DNA of 64,000 bases from an uncultured Candidatus Saccharibacteria bacterium (GCA_964512925.1 CAZEKH010000002.1:57831-121830); one strand, 5' to 3'; numbered from the stretch's first letter, positions 48,722 through 59,797 are shown. Notes: a model not told the origin generated them from the letters alone. Numbers and translations are program-made.

Positions 48722-50293
48722 ATGACCACGACATTCCTGCAAAAGAAAAATAATGCCAAGTCGACTCTGGCAACTGTTGGAGGAATAAATAACTCCGTCA
48801 CGGCGTTGGATGTCCAATCTGGTGACGGTACGAAATTCCCAGCAGTTCCGTTCAATGCGACTCTCTACTCCGATGCCGGGACTCCGGCAAACGGCGAGAT
48901 CGTAAAAGTCACCAGTAAAGGAACCGGTGACAATTGGACGATTGTCCGAGCTCAAGAATCCACCACTGCCCAAACATGGGCTCAAGGAATCAAGGTGGAA
49001 CTTTTGGTAACGGCAAAACTTTTGCAGGACTTGGACACGGCGGTCAACAATCTGGAAAAAAGAGTCCAAGTCGTGGTGGCCACTGATGGATCGGGCGACT
49101 ACAACACTGACGGCACGGCCGACAATGTTGAAATTCAGCAAGCAATCGACAGTCTGCCGTCCGGTGGAGGCATCGTCCTACTCAAAGCCGGAACGTACAC
49201 GATTAATGCCACGATCAACGTTCTGAAAAACAACGTGATCATCCGCGGCGAAGGTAAGGTAACAAAAATGTTCCTTGCCAACAGCTCGAACGTGAACATG
49301 CTCTACATCGGTAACGGCTCGACCGTAGCCAATGACTGCGTGGTCGAGGATATCTTCTTCGATCCGAATGGTGCAAACCAAACATCGCTCGGTTCAGCCG
49401 TATGCATTTACGGAACGTCCGGCGTCAAAGCCCTACGCAACATCATCCGAGGATGCCGGTTCACCAAATGCCAAAACGATAACGTAAAGCTGATCTACGC
49501 CGACAGAAACATTGTTGCCAACAACATCTTCGATGAATGCACGAACGGTGCTGGACTGGGAATTTTCTCGAGCTCGCAATCCAACAACGTGAACGAGAAT
49601 ATATTCATCCATTGCACCTATGGCGTGTACTCGAACAGTCACTACAACAACATCTCCGGTAACGTATTTGTCGACAACACCTATGGCGTGGGTCTGAACG
49701 GAGTGGTCAATTGCAGTGTTTCCGGAAACTGGTTCGGGAGTGTCTCTTATTACCAGACAGGCGTATGGCTGGCTGGTGCGTCTGCACGACACTCGATCAC
49801 CGGCAACACTTTCTACCAGCCATACAGGGCAGTTCTCGGAGATGCCAATACTGGCCTTTACTCAAATGTCATCAGTGGCAACAGCATCCACCTGTCGAAC
49901 CAAGAAGCGATCTACCTGCAAGCCGGTGCGAACCAAAATAACATCGTAGGAAATACGATCCGACAATCATCTCTTCACGCAATCAGAATCAGAGGATCAA
50001 AGAATGTCATCTCAAGCAACGTGCTAAGCGATAACGGCGGCGGTGCGAACAACACCTACAGTGATATTTTTCTCGATGACGACGGTACCACGTTCTCAAC
50101 CTACAACGTGGTGATTGGCAACAACTGCCAAGCGGCTGGGGCCAACAAAGTCGCATACCACATCCGAGAAAATGCAGTCGGTGATGATTACAACCTGATA
50201 ATAGGAAACATCTGCAAGGACGGAGTGACCGCCCAAATCAGCGTGCAGGGAGTGAACTCAGTGCGAGGAACTAACATACCGGCATCGGGATAA
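48722..50293 (+). CDS. Tailspike with right-handed parallel beta-helix (pectin lyase-like)
   Basis: IQQAID...G.V.L.AGTY followed by many xxGN/N repeats. Confidence 0.8.
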   Translation: MTTTFLQKKNNAKSTLATVGGINNSVTALDVQSGDGTKFPAVPFNATLYSDAGTPANGEIVKVTSKGTGDNWTIVRAQESTTAQTWAQGIKVELLVTAKLLQDLDTAVNNLEKRVQVVVATDGSGDYNTDGTADNVEIQQAIDSLPSGGGIVLLKAGTYTINATINVLKNNVIIRGEGKVTKMFLANSSNVNMLYIGNGSTVANDCVVEDIFFDPNGANQTSLGSAVCIYGTSGVKALRNIIRGCRFTKCQNDNVKLIYADRNIVANNIFDECTNGAGLGIFSSSQSNNVNENIFIHCTYGVYSNSHYNNISGNVFVDNTYGVGLNGVVNCSVSGNWFGSVSYYQTGVWLAGASARHSITGNTFYQPYRAVLGDANTGLYSNVISGNSIHLSNQEAIYLQAGANQNNIVGNTIRQSSLHAIRIRGSKNVISSNVLSDNGGGANNTYSDIFLDDDGTTFSTYNVVIGNNCQAAGANKVAYHIRENAVGDDYNLIIGNICKDGVTAQISVQGVNSVRGTNIPASG

Positions 50294-50299
50294 AAAATT

Positions 50300-51643
50300 A
50301 TGTTCAACACGTACCCACTCAATTCTGCCCAGCTCAACAGCACCGCATCACAGCCGGTGTCGCAGTCAGTGAGCTATGTGCTGGATGTATTCACCCTGAT
50401 AACCAAGCCGGTCACGTATCTGTTCGATCAGTGCGTGGCAGTTCTCTCAAATAAAACTTATAAGCTTGACATCACGAATCTTGCGGCGAAATCAATCGCA
50501 TACGTGTTTGACGAACTGGTGCTTGTACTCAAATCCATTGCCTACGTTCTCGACCTCCGAAATCTCGCAACGAAAGCCCTGACCTACGTGCTTGATCTTA
50601 AAAATCTTGCGCTAAAGTCCATCCAGTATCTCTGGGATCAGAGAGTTCTCGCAATCAAAGCGATCACGTATCCATTCGACATCATCTGGGGTGCGGTACT
50701 GGCAACGATCTATAAACTTGATCTCCGAAATCTCGCAACAAAAAACATTCGGTACATGCTCGACACCCTGATCACATTAGGGAGATCGATAACGTACAAA
50801 TTTGATTCGTTCCTTTCGGCGATCCGGCTGACAGCCTATAAGCTCGATATCCGAAACCTTGCCACTAAGATAGCAACCTACCTGATCGACATCGGAGGCG
50901 TCGTGGCAAGAATTGAAACTTACAAATTAGATATCAGGAACCTGACAGGCCGAACCGTGAGCTACCTCATGGACATACGAGGACTAGCCGGCAAAGTGTG
51001 GCGTTACGCATTCGACATCAGAAATCTTGCAACCAAGTCCGGACAATATCTGCTGGACATCCTGAACGCCACCAGCAAGAACGTGCGATATGCCTTCGAC
51101 ATCCTGCTCTACGTGATGACACAAACATCGTACCTGTTTGACGTGAGAAGTCTGACCGCTAAAGCAACGAGATATCTGCTGGACATCCGGTCCCTCATTG
51201 CCCGAACTCTTACCTACAAGCTCGATATCCGAGGACTCGTGCTCAAGATAACTGCCTACGTTTTGGATATCAGAAGTTTGATCGCAAAATCCATGACTTA
51301 CGTGATCCGGATTCTAAGTCGAATCGCCAAGTGGTGGACGTACAAGTTCGACATCCTGATCACACTCGGAAAGTTCTGGACATACAAATGGAATGTTCGA
51401 GTGCTTATCGCAAAGATTTGGAAGTATGTATTCGACATCTGGAAAATCCCCGAGGGAGTAAAGATCGTCGTTGAATTCTTAAGTGCAAAACTTTCGGTGC
51501 TTATGCTTTCAGCCAAAGAATCTCTCGGACTCGTGAATGCCAAGACAAGCATTGAGGTCAAGACCGCCCGGCAAGACCAGCAGATGCAGACAGCCAAAAC
51601 TGACGTGGTTCTGCCGAGCGATAAAAAAGATATAAACCTATGA
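50300..51643 (+). CDS. Virion protein built from 26 tandem 14-aa repeats
   Basis: Tyr every 14 residues; consensus Y-x-[LF]-D-I-R-x-L-x-x-K. Confidence 0.8.
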   Translation: MFNTYPLNSAQLNSTASQPVSQSVSYVLDVFTLITKPVTYLFDQCVAVLSNKTYKLDITNLAAKSIAYVFDELVLVLKSIAYVLDLRNLATKALTYVLDLKNLALKSIQYLWDQRVLAIKAITYPFDIIWGAVLATIYKLDLRNLATKNIRYMLDTLITLGRSITYKFDSFLSAIRLTAYKLDIRNLATKIATYLIDIGGVVARIETYKLDIRNLTGRTVSYLMDIRGLAGKVWRYAFDIRNLATKSGQYLLDILNATSKNVRYAFDILLYVMTQTSYLFDVRSLTAKATRYLLDIRSLIARTLTYKLDIRGLVLKITAYVLDIRSLIAKSMTYVIRILSRIAKWWTYKFDILITLGKFWTYKWNVRVLIAKIWKYVFDIWKIPEGVKIVVEFLSAKLSVLMLSAKESLGLVNAKTSIEVKTARQDQQMQTAKTDVVLPSDKKDINL

Positions 51644-51954
51644 GCGTAAAAATTGTACAAAATGACACACTGCCGCCGATCGAGTTTACCCTCACGCAGG
51701 ACGGTGCGCCGGTCGATCTGACCGGATGCACGGTGAAGTTCTACATGAAGGATTCCACGAGCGGATCGGTGAAAATAAACGGCGTCAACTGCACCATCAT
51801 GGATGCCAAAAAAGGAAAATGCCGATATAGCTGGACATCGTCAGACACCAACACGGTCGGCACGTATCTCGGTGAGGTCGAGGTCACGTTCCCAGACGGA
51901 AAAATCCAAACCGGATATAAGCAAACGTCCATCATTATCCGTGATGACATTTAA
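51640..51954 (+). CDS. BppU-like baseplate/adaptor domain protein
   Basis: PVDLTG.TV.F...G...Y.W...DT...G.Y..E.EV pattern. Confidence 0.75.
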   Translation: MSVKIVQNDTLPPIEFTLTQDGAPVDLTGCTVKFYMKDSTSGSVKINGVNCTIMDAKKGKCRYSWTSSDTNTVGTYLGEVEVTFPDGKIQTGYKQTSIIIRDDI

Positions 51955-51959
51955 AACCT

Positions 51960-52592
51960 ATGAACAGAGGCGACATTAAAAAAGCAATCAAGAACGAGGT
52001 CGACGACCAGACCCTCGATGACACTTTGCTCAACACGTGGATACAGCGTGGTGATGAGAAAGTGCAGACATGGCGTCCGGCCGAGGATCGAGACCAAACC
52101 TTCGACTACTGGGACTATCTCAAGACTGAACAGCCGTACACCACAGTTGCAAACCAGACCAAATATCCGGTCCCGGAAAACTTCAGAGCGTTCATGGAAC
52201 TTAAGATTGGCACAGACACCAAACCATACGTGCTGATAGATTTTCGCAAAAGAAGCGACTACACCGACCATGCCACATACCTGCTCGGCGGATATTTCTA
52301 TCCGATCGCAATACCAACGCAAGACGGCGACAGCATGAATTTGGTATTCGTCCGCATCTCTGACGAATTCTCGTCCGACAATGACGAGCCAGAGGTCGAA
52401 AAGCTATACCACCAAGCCTATGTCGAGTGGGGCAAGAAAATGTACTACAACCAGCAGGGCGACACCGAGCTTGAACGGCAAGCAGATGGAAACTTTGAGC
52501 GGATCATACTCGGCAAATGGCGAGATCAAGAGATTGCACGAATGGCCGCCGCTTCCGATCAGGCCGAGATTCCAAGAAGCAGTCTCGTATAA
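51960..52592 (+). CDS. Probable head-tail adaptor protein
   Basis: Helical N-terminus and Y..P..F motif; position in operon. Confidence 0.6.
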   Translation: MNRGDIKKAIKNEVDDQTLDDTLLNTWIQRGDEKVQTWRPAEDRDQTFDYWDYLKTEQPYTTVANQTKYPVPENFRAFMELKIGTDTKPYVLIDFRKRSDYTDHATYLLGGYFYPIAIPTQDGDSMNLVFVRISDEFSSDNDEPEVEKLYHQAYVEWGKKMYYNQQGDTELERQADGNFERIILGKWRDQEIARMAAASDQAEIPRSSLV

Positions 52593-52597
52593 AAACT

Positions 52598-54286
52598 ATG
52601 TCACTACCAAAACAAATCTGGAAAACGTCACGATTCCACAAAGGCATCTCGAACCTGAATTCCGAGGGTACCTTTTGGTTTTCAAACGGATTGGAGTTTG
52701 ACCAGAGTCCGCCGTATCTCAAAGTTGCCAGCAAATTTTTCAAAGAAAGCGACAGCATAAGCGTGCCGACTTTAAACCAGCCGTCATACATGTGCTATTT
52801 CAATTACGCCTACTATGCCGTGAATCACGATGACGGAAAGATTTTTCAAAACACCTACGCCAGCTGGTCAGAAGTGCATGACAGTACGAACATCTGGGGA
52901 GGAAGCGGAATGTATGCCGATAACGATTATCTCTATTACGCCGGAAGCACCTGGGTCGGGCGGTACGATAAAACAACGTGGGTAGACAACTGGCAATCAT
53001 TCAACGTCAACACGGCTTTTGATGACGTGCCGATCACAAAGTTTTTGAAATTTATCTGCTTCGGAAATAAAAATTATTTGGCAACGTGGGATACCGGTGC
53101 AACCACATGGAATCCCGGACGACTAACTCTGCCTGCCGGATACGTGATTGTCTGGCTTGCGCCGCTGACCGACTACCTCATTATTTCCGCCCACCATCCG
53201 ACATTCGGGTCCGCCTTATTCTTCTGGGACGGATACTCGCAGACCTATAACCGAGTTCTCCAGCTGACTCAAACGCAAAGTCTTGCCGGAGTCGTTGATA
53301 AAAACGTCCTGTACTTTTTGACGAGAGACGGCTGGATCTGCCGATTCAACGGAACCGGCATCGAAAAGTTAAACCGATTCCCGGACATGGACAATGCCGA
53401 CTACATATCCCTCAAAGCGGAATGCATGAAAGTCTACCAAGGCCTGATTTATATCGCCAAAGGATCAAACACCTACGATGCGAGCCACAGAAACCAATAT
53501 TGCGGAATCTGGTGCTACAACCCGGACACCAACGCCCTGTACTTTAAACACCGCTTCTCAAACAACGCTGTCATCCACGTGACTCCGGGAGTGGCCGCAG
53601 TTTATTGCCTCTATGTCGATAACACCTCAATTCGAGTCGGATACACCGATGGCAACAAGCACATCATCGACACAAATAGCGATACCGGAACATTCCGTCC
53701 ATACGACTTTGGTGCGTATTGGATCAGTCCGCTCATCGACAACGATCCGTATCTCCGCAAACGATGGAAGCAGATTATTTTGAACTTTTTCAAACCGATG
53801 CCGAACAGCAGTTTTGCCCGGTTCGAAGTGAAATACAACACGAGCGAGCAGTCTATCCGGGAAGTGAGAGTAACGAGCGGCGGCGGTTCGGATTATTTCA
53901 CCTTGCCATACATCTACAGCTCATACGAGGTCGGTGACGAGGTGATGGTTTTGGCCGGAGTGGCCGCCGGGCAGATCAGACACATCAAGAGCATCGACAT
54001 GGCCACCAAGACAATCTACTTGGACGAACCGCTTTATTGGATGGGCGGTTCGCAAGGATACATCCAAGCTAACGAGTACGTAGCGATCACGCCGTTTAAG
54101 CGTCTCGGCACGATCAAAGGAAGCGACAATGTGAGCAAAGTAAACAAGATGCTTCGGTTCAATGCGAGGTCGAAAAAAATTCAGTTCAAGATCGAAATAT
54201 GGAGTAATTCCGGATACGGCGGTGAATGGGATATGGGACTCCGTGACGTCTCGGCCATTTATACGCCGGATCGAATAATCAAATAA
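52598..54286 (+). CDS. Probable tail nozzle/stabilisation protein (beta-propeller-like)
   Basis: Aromatic, beta-rich ~560-aa ORF after the adaptor. Confidence 0.6.
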   Translation: MSLPKQIWKTSRFHKGISNLNSEGTFWFSNGLEFDQSPPYLKVASKFFKESDSISVPTLNQPSYMCYFNYAYYAVNHDDGKIFQNTYASWSEVHDSTNIWGGSGMYADNDYLYYAGSTWVGRYDKTTWVDNWQSFNVNTAFDDVPITKFLKFICFGNKNYLATWDTGATTWNPGRLTLPAGYVIVWLAPLTDYLIISAHHPTFGSALFFWDGYSQTYNRVLQLTQTQSLAGVVDKNVLYFLTRDGWICRFNGTGIEKLNRFPDMDNADYISLKAECMKVYQGLIYIAKGSNTYDASHRNQYCGIWCYNPDTNALYFKHRFSNNAVIHVTPGVAAVYCLYVDNTSIRVGYTDGNKHIIDTNSDTGTFRPYDFGAYWISPLIDNDPYLRKRWKQIILNFFKPMPNSSFARFEVKYNTSEQSIREVRVTSGGGSDYFTLPYIYSSYEVGDEVMVLAGVAAGQIRHIKSIDMATKTIYLDEPLYWMGGSQGYIQANEYVAITPFKRLGTIKGSDNVSKVNKMLRFNARSKKIQFKIEIWSNSGYGGEWDMGLRDVSAIYTPDRIIK

Positions 54287-54290
54287 CAAT

Positions 54291-54584
54291 ATGCCTGAAG
54301 AAATAAATTCAACGATCGACATGTCGTCAGCGGCACAGGAAACTGCGCCGGGAATAGCGACTCCGGCCGTGCCGGCACCGGACAAACAACAGGACGGCAA
54401 ATTCAAACTGGAGAGGATCGATGCCGACAACGTGAGAAAGATAGACTCACGCACCGACACGACCGTACTCCACATCCCAGCCCTCGAAAAACACAAAGCG
54501 GAACTCGAGGACGAGATGAGCAGACTGCAAGTACAGCTCGACCAAATCAATGAGGTCTTGGGCGAGTATAAAAAACTTCAATAA
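54291..54584 (+). CDS. Phage hypothetical coiled-coil protein
   Basis: 97-aa ORF within the operon. Confidence 0.65.
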   Translation: MPEEINSTIDMSSAAQETAPGIATPAVPAPDKQQDGKFKLERIDADNVRKIDSRTDTTVLHIPALEKHKAELEDEMSRLQVQLDQINEVLGEYKKLQ

Positions 54585-54588
54585 ATTT

Positions 54589-54789
54589 ATGGCTGATCCA
54601 AACAACAACCAACCGTTCGATCCACAGCTGGGTTCAATCCTGAATCTCTTGCGAGACATTCCGATTCTCAATTCTGCACCGGCAGACACGCCGAGAACTC
54701 CGATAAGTTTCGCTCTGTACGATAGCGGAGGTGTGAGGCGGTTCTACATTTTCTTTAACGGTGCGTGGAGGTACGTAACTCTTACTTAA
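54589..54789 (+). CDS. Phage hypothetical protein
   Basis: 66-aa ORF MADPNNNQ...RFYIFFNGAWRYVTLT. Confidence 0.6.
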   Translation: MADPNNNQPFDPQLGSILNLLRDIPILNSAPADTPRTPISFALYDSGGVRRFYIFFNGAWRYVTLT

Positions 54790-54793
54790 AATT

Positions 54794-56113
54794 ATGGCAA
54801 CGATAACAATACAAAAAGGTCAAACCTTATCGGGAATCGCCAAACAGCAAGGCACGACAGTCGATGCTTTGATGAAAGCAAATCCGACCATCAAGAATGC
54901 GAATTTGATCTACGCTGGATCAGCATTGAATTTGCCGGAAGCGCCGAAACCCGTTGTTGCCCCGGGGGCGAGCGGTTCTGCCCCGGTTGCACCCGTGACA
55001 CCTTCTACGCCGGTTGCGACCCGTGTTGACCAAATTTCGAGCCCGGGGGCGAGCCCTGTGCCAGCAAAAAGCACCCTTTATGGCGCTGAAGTGCCTTCTT
55101 CGACTTCTTTGCTACAACAATACCGATCATCGCTCGGACTCGATACTGCCCTCAAAAGCATGCAGGATAGCCAGACTTCCTACCTCGACACTCTCAAGAA
55201 TTTGCCGAAAAAATCTGATCTTTATAAAACCGAACGAACCAATCGTGGCATTGATCAGATGCAGACAAATTTGCAGAGCTTGGATGACCGACTGGCGACA
55301 ATGGAAAACTCTATCAATGATTCCGAAAAAGATATCCGTGACCGAATCATCAAAAGCGGAGGCATGGTGACCGAAAGCCAGACGCAAAGATTAGTCGCTT
55401 CCGAAAAGAATCCTCTCGTCGAGGAATATCGAAAGTTGCTCGATGAACGCAATCGTCTAGCCGAAAAAATGGGAGTAGCTGATGCGGCGGCAAAAGATGC
55501 GGCCGGCATGGCATATGAGGATTCAACGCTTCCACTCACGGTTGCTGAAAAAACAATGGGATTCCAAAAAGACCAATACTCAGTTCTCGGCGATCTCTTA
55601 AGTCAGGTATTCGGCGCATCCGAAAAAGATGTGGCAAACATAATCGATTCAGCCAAGTACGGCAAAGAGCAGGAAAAGAAAGATGCTCAAGAAGTGATCG
55701 ATCGGGCAATCAAACTCGCAGACCTAGCAAACAGCACACCGGCCGGAACTTCCTACAACATCGGCGGAACGACAGTGGTCGGGAAAAAGACTTCCAGCGG
55801 ATCTGGTGATGGATCAACGGGAGATGTAGAAGCATACGCTCTCGAACTGCTCAACAATCCAAACTTCTCAATTGCCAATGTGCCACAGAACATCCGAGGT
55901 CAGGTTCTGGCCAAGAGAGATCAAATAGTGAATGACGCCAATCAGGCAGACGAAGCGGCGGCCGCTTCTCAACCAAGTCAGCCGCCAATAACCGCACATG
56001 ACTTCGGTGCCGGAGTTAAAGATGTGTTCACACAAAAGATACCGAGCCTTGCAAAAGCCGGATACACCGGAACCAAGAATTTCTTCAAGGGCTTGTTTGG
56101 CATCGGAAATTAA
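54794..56113 (+). CDS. LysM-domain coiled-coil protein (probable ejection/internal virion protein)
   Basis: IQKGQTLSGIA...LMKANP.I.N.NLIYAG..L.LP LysM motif. Confidence 0.8.
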   Translation: MATITIQKGQTLSGIAKQQGTTVDALMKANPTIKNANLIYAGSALNLPEAPKPVVAPGASGSAPVAPVTPSTPVATRVDQISSPGASPVPAKSTLYGAEVPSSTSLLQQYRSSLGLDTALKSMQDSQTSYLDTLKNLPKKSDLYKTERTNRGIDQMQTNLQSLDDRLATMENSINDSEKDIRDRIIKSGGMVTESQTQRLVASEKNPLVEEYRKLLDERNRLAEKMGVADAAAKDAAGMAYEDSTLPLTVAEKTMGFQKDQYSVLGDLLSQVFGASEKDVANIIDSAKYGKEQEKKDAQEVIDRAIKLADLANSTPAGTSYNIGGTTVVGKKTSSGSGDGSTGDVEAYALELLNNPNFSIANVPQNIRGQVLAKRDQIVNDANQADEAAAASQPSQPPITAHDFGAGVKDVFTQKIPSLAKAGYTGTKNFFKGLFGIGN

Positions 56114-56119
56114 AACGCT

Positions 56120-58978
56120 ATGGCTTACATCAAAGACCCCACAACTGGAAAATACATACGAACCGACTCAGTGCCGGCGGCTAAACCGATCGTGCCTATA
56201 AAAACATCTGTGCCAGGTTCTTCCGGATCAGTAATGAAGTACGGTAAAGATTCCAGCGGAAAATACACGATGATGCCGAGCGACTCCTCCACTCCTGCCG
56301 GTAAACCGAAAGTGACAACGCTGGCCGGACTCCAAGATTACGCTACCTCGCAAGGCATCGACGTGTCACAATCACAGCCGAAAGAATCTCTCCTGCAACG
56401 ACTCCTCCACTTACTGAACACTGGTGCGTATGCCGTGGGAGGAGTTATCAGCGGAAAAGGAATTATAAAAGGCATTCAGGAACACACTCTGCCATCCGAA
56501 GCTCTTGGCATAAAAAATCCAATCGGCGGATTTATTGCCGACGTGTTGCTTGATCCGACAACGTACATCACGTTCGGCTACGGGGCCGAAGCGAAACTTG
56601 CTACCAAAGCCGGTGAAGTGGCATTGAGCAAAGCCGGAACGACTCTCCTCAAGGATTCAATCTTAAAGCTCGGGGAGGAAGCCGGACGAAAAGCCATGGC
56701 CACCAAAGTGCTTGAGGAGGGCGGCGAAAAGTTCTTGGCCAAAGATGGTCTCAAATTCATGGGCAAACAGATACTGCCTCGAGCTGTTGTGACCGCACCA
56801 TTCAGAGCCGCCGATACGATCGTCGAGAAAACTCCGGTTGTCGGCAAACTTTACCAAGGCGCAAAAGATTTGGCCGGAAAAGCATTCGTACCGTTTAAGT
56901 CCATCAAAGACCTGCCGGGAGGCATCGGACAAGAATATCTCGATAAATTTACTGCCTTCAGCAAAGGAACCAGAGCTGAAGTGAGTAAGGCTGTCGAGGA
57001 AGCGGCAACACTTGGCAAGAGTGCCAAAAAGGAACTCGGAAAAGACGCCGGTTCGTTTGTCGGAAAAACAATCGAGGAAATGGCCACCGGAAAACCTGCC
57101 GAGGCAGTTGCGACGGCCGCGAATATAGCAGAGACAGCTGTACCGAAAGCTGGTACTGGAAATAGTGTGATCGACAACATCATCGAAAACATCCGAGGCC
57201 AGCACAAGGACTTTGCCACCATTGAAAAAGAAAAAGGAATATTGGACACAGAGCTTCCGGATTATGTTCGGCACTATCTCACACCCGAGGGCCGTGACTT
57301 TTTGAATAAGACCGGCATGAATATCACTGCGGAATTAAACAAACCGCTTCGAGTCAAAAATCCGTTCTCAAAAACCAGACAACTCGACGGCACCATTGAG
57401 GGAATTAACAAATACTTCCAAGGCAGATACGGAGTCCAATTGTTTGAACCCGATGCGTTCAAAGCCTTTGCCGCACGTAAAGCCGAACACATCAAGGCCG
57501 TGAACACCTACGACTTTATAACCGATGTTGGAAAGCAGTTCGGCAAACAAGCAGAGGCGGTCACCAAAGAAATAAAAAATCCGATCACCGGCAAGCTCAC
57601 CACTAAAGAAACAATAAAGCCGGTTTTTGAAAACGGCATCAAATACATCGAGAGTTCAGTACCTCAACTCAAAGGAACGCTTCTGCCCGAGCAGATCGTG
57701 AAGCACGTTGACGATACTTATAAAACGCTTACCAACGAGGAAGCAACAAAAAAGTTTATCGGACTCTACGACAAGGTGCTCGGATTTTGGAAAGGATCAG
57801 TTACCGGATGGTTTCCGTCTTTCCACACCCGAAATACCATGGGCGGTATTTTCAATAACTGGATCGCCGGAGTAAAGAGTCCTGCACGATATCTGCAAGC
57901 CGACCAAATCGCACGAGGTGTCGAGGGATCGATCACCACCAAACTTGGCACCAAATATACGTATGGCCAAATCCGTGAATTGGCCACTAAGCTCGGCGCA
58001 ATAGGCCAGCCCGGATATTTGGATGTGATGCGTGAGGTCGAAAAGGACATAGGCAAAGGTCCCGTTTCCAAGCTAATGGATCTGCCTAAAAATGCGATGG
58101 AGATCGTGGAAAACCGACTGCGATTGCCGCTGTTCGTAGATCGCCTGATCAAAGGCGATGCACCAGAGCAAGCCGCAAAACAAGTCTTCCAATTCCACTT
58201 CGACTATGCACCCGAAGCCCTGACCGGCTTTGAGCAGAATGTCATGAAGCGACTGTTGCCGTTCTACCGATGGACAAGAGGCAATATTCCGCTTCAGCTC
58301 GAGCAGATGGTTAAACAGCCAGGCAAGTACGGCGCAATCGGAAAATTTATCGGGAACATCAGTAGCGACAAACAGAAAGCCAAAGAGGAATTCCCGTCAC
58401 TGCCGCCTTACATGCGAGAAGGACTGCCGATCAGACTCGGTGAGAAAAACGGCATTGCCCAATACCTCTATGGTCTGGGACTGCCGGTTGAGGACGTAAA
58501 TCGCATTTATAAAGAGAGTCCACAGAGAACACTCGCCAGTTTCGTCGGCGAACTTTCTCCACTGCTCAAATATCCGATTGAGGTCGGTACCGGACAAAAC
58601 CTCTTCACCGGTGAACCGATCACTCAAAGCAACAACGTCTATCCGTTCGTGAATAAAATCCCCGGACTGCGTGACTGGCTCGGAGTAACCGAACATAAGA
58701 ATAAAGACGGATCGGTGAGCTACCGAGGTGATGCTTATAAGCTTCACTTCCTGAACACCGCTCTTGGGAGGTTTTATACCACGGCCGGAAAACTTACTGA
58801 CGACAACACGTCTGCGGCCGTGAAATTCCTCTACGGCCTGATCGGGGCCAAAGCGAAATCGGTAGACATCGAAAAAGAAAAGTTCTACCGACAGCAAGAT
58901 GTCCGAGCACGATTGGAACAACAGCTGGAAAACAAGGGGTTGATCAATAAGTTTGAGAGCGTCTACGTTCCGAAATAA
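56120..58978 (+). CDS. Large internal virion/ejection-like protein
   Basis: 952 aa; DP.TYI and FDY...PFY.W motifs typical of podovirus core proteins. Confidence 0.65.
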   Translation: MAYIKDPTTGKYIRTDSVPAAKPIVPIKTSVPGSSGSVMKYGKDSSGKYTMMPSDSSTPAGKPKVTTLAGLQDYATSQGIDVSQSQPKESLLQRLLHLLNTGAYAVGGVISGKGIIKGIQEHTLPSEALGIKNPIGGFIADVLLDPTTYITFGYGAEAKLATKAGEVALSKAGTTLLKDSILKLGEEAGRKAMATKVLEEGGEKFLAKDGLKFMGKQILPRAVVTAPFRAADTIVEKTPVVGKLYQGAKDLAGKAFVPFKSIKDLPGGIGQEYLDKFTAFSKGTRAEVSKAVEEAATLGKSAKKELGKDAGSFVGKTIEEMATGKPAEAVATAANIAETAVPKAGTGNSVIDNIIENIRGQHKDFATIEKEKGILDTELPDYVRHYLTPEGRDFLNKTGMNITAELNKPLRVKNPFSKTRQLDGTIEGINKYFQGRYGVQLFEPDAFKAFAARKAEHIKAVNTYDFITDVGKQFGKQAEAVTKEIKNPITGKLTTKETIKPVFENGIKYIESSVPQLKGTLLPEQIVKHVDDTYKTLTNEEATKKFIGLYDKVLGFWKGSVTGWFPSFHTRNTMGGIFNNWIAGVKSPARYLQADQIARGVEGSITTKLGTKYTYGQIRELATKLGAIGQPGYLDVMREVEKDIGKGPVSKLMDLPKNAMEIVENRLRLPLFVDRLIKGDAPEQAAKQVFQFHFDYAPEALTGFEQNVMKRLLPFYRWTRGNIPLQLEQMVKQPGKYGAIGKFIGNISSDKQKAKEEFPSLPPYMREGLPIRLGEKNGIAQYLYGLGLPVEDVNRIYKESPQRTLASFVGELSPLLKYPIEVGTGQNLFTGEPITQSNNVYPFVNKIPGLRDWLGVTEHKNKDGSVSYRGDAYKLHFLNTALGRFYTTAGKLTDDNTSAAVKFLYGLIGAKAKSVDIEKEKFYRQQDVRARLEQQLENKGLINKFESVYVPK

Positions 58979-58982
58979 TCAC

Positions 58983-59210
58983 ATGGATAAAAATTGTTAC
59001 CAAAATCAAATGCAAGATGAGCGTATCGACCGTGTAGAAAAAGCGGTCAACGAGATCAAGGACAATCATCTTGTGCATCTGCAAAACGATGTGACCAAAG
59101 TAAGCACCGACGTTGACTGGCTCAAGCGGTTCTTTTGGATCATCGCCACCGCATCGGTCGGCGGTCTTATTGGGGCACTGATCAATCTTCTAATCACCAT
59201 TAATAAATAA
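58983..59210 (+). CDS. Small coiled-coil plus TM protein (holin/XhlA-like)
   Basis: Precedes the endolysin; C-terminal TM helix. Confidence 0.6.
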   Translation: MDKNCYQNQMQDERIDRVEKAVNEIKDNHLVHLQNDVTKVSTDVDWLKRFFWIIATASVGGLIGALINLLITINK

Positions 59211-59212
59211 CT

Positions 59213-59794
59213 ATGAACATCATTCAAAAAAAGTCGTCCAATTTCTGGGTAGGACGCAAAGGATACAAGCCGGAAGCGGTTGTCATCCACATCATGGACG
59301 GCACGCTCGCCGGAACCGACTCGTGGTTCGCTAATCCGGCATCGCAAGTAAGCGCACATTACGGCATCGGCCGGAACGGCGAAGTCCATCAGTACGTGCA
59401 GGAAAACGACTCTGCCTGGCATGCTGGCCGGATTGATGCGCCGATCTGGAAGTTTATAAGACCGAACATCAACCCGAACCTGTACACAATTGGCATCGAG
59501 CATGAGGGTAAACCGGAGGATATATGGACTGCCGCCATGAAGCAGTCCAGTGCCGATCTCATCCGAGAGATCTGTGAACGCTGGCAGATTCCCATCGATC
59601 GCAATCATGTCATCGGTCACTACGAAATCTATTCCAAGAAGCCGAACTGCCCGGCAACCAACAAAAGAATCCTCGACGAGCTGGTCGCACTTGCCGGACA
59701 GCAAGTACCGGCCGCAACGCCAAACCCTACTGTCGAGGATGGTGTGAGGAAAATCGAGGAAGGGTTGGCAATAATAAAACAAATAATTTACTAA
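59213..59794 (+). CDS. Endolysin, N-acetylmuramoyl-L-alanine amidase (Amidase_2)
   Basis: VIH, SAHY, AWHAG, IGIEHEG and GH...K..CP motifs. Confidence 0.92.
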   Translation: MNIIQKKSSNFWVGRKGYKPEAVVIHIMDGTLAGTDSWFANPASQVSAHYGIGRNGEVHQYVQENDSAWHAGRIDAPIWKFIRPNINPNLYTIGIEHEGKPEDIWTAAMKQSSADLIREICERWQIPIDRNHVIGHYEIYSKKPNCPATNKRILDELVALAGQQVPAATPNPTVEDGVRKIEEGLAIIKQIIY

Positions 59795-59797
59795 ACT

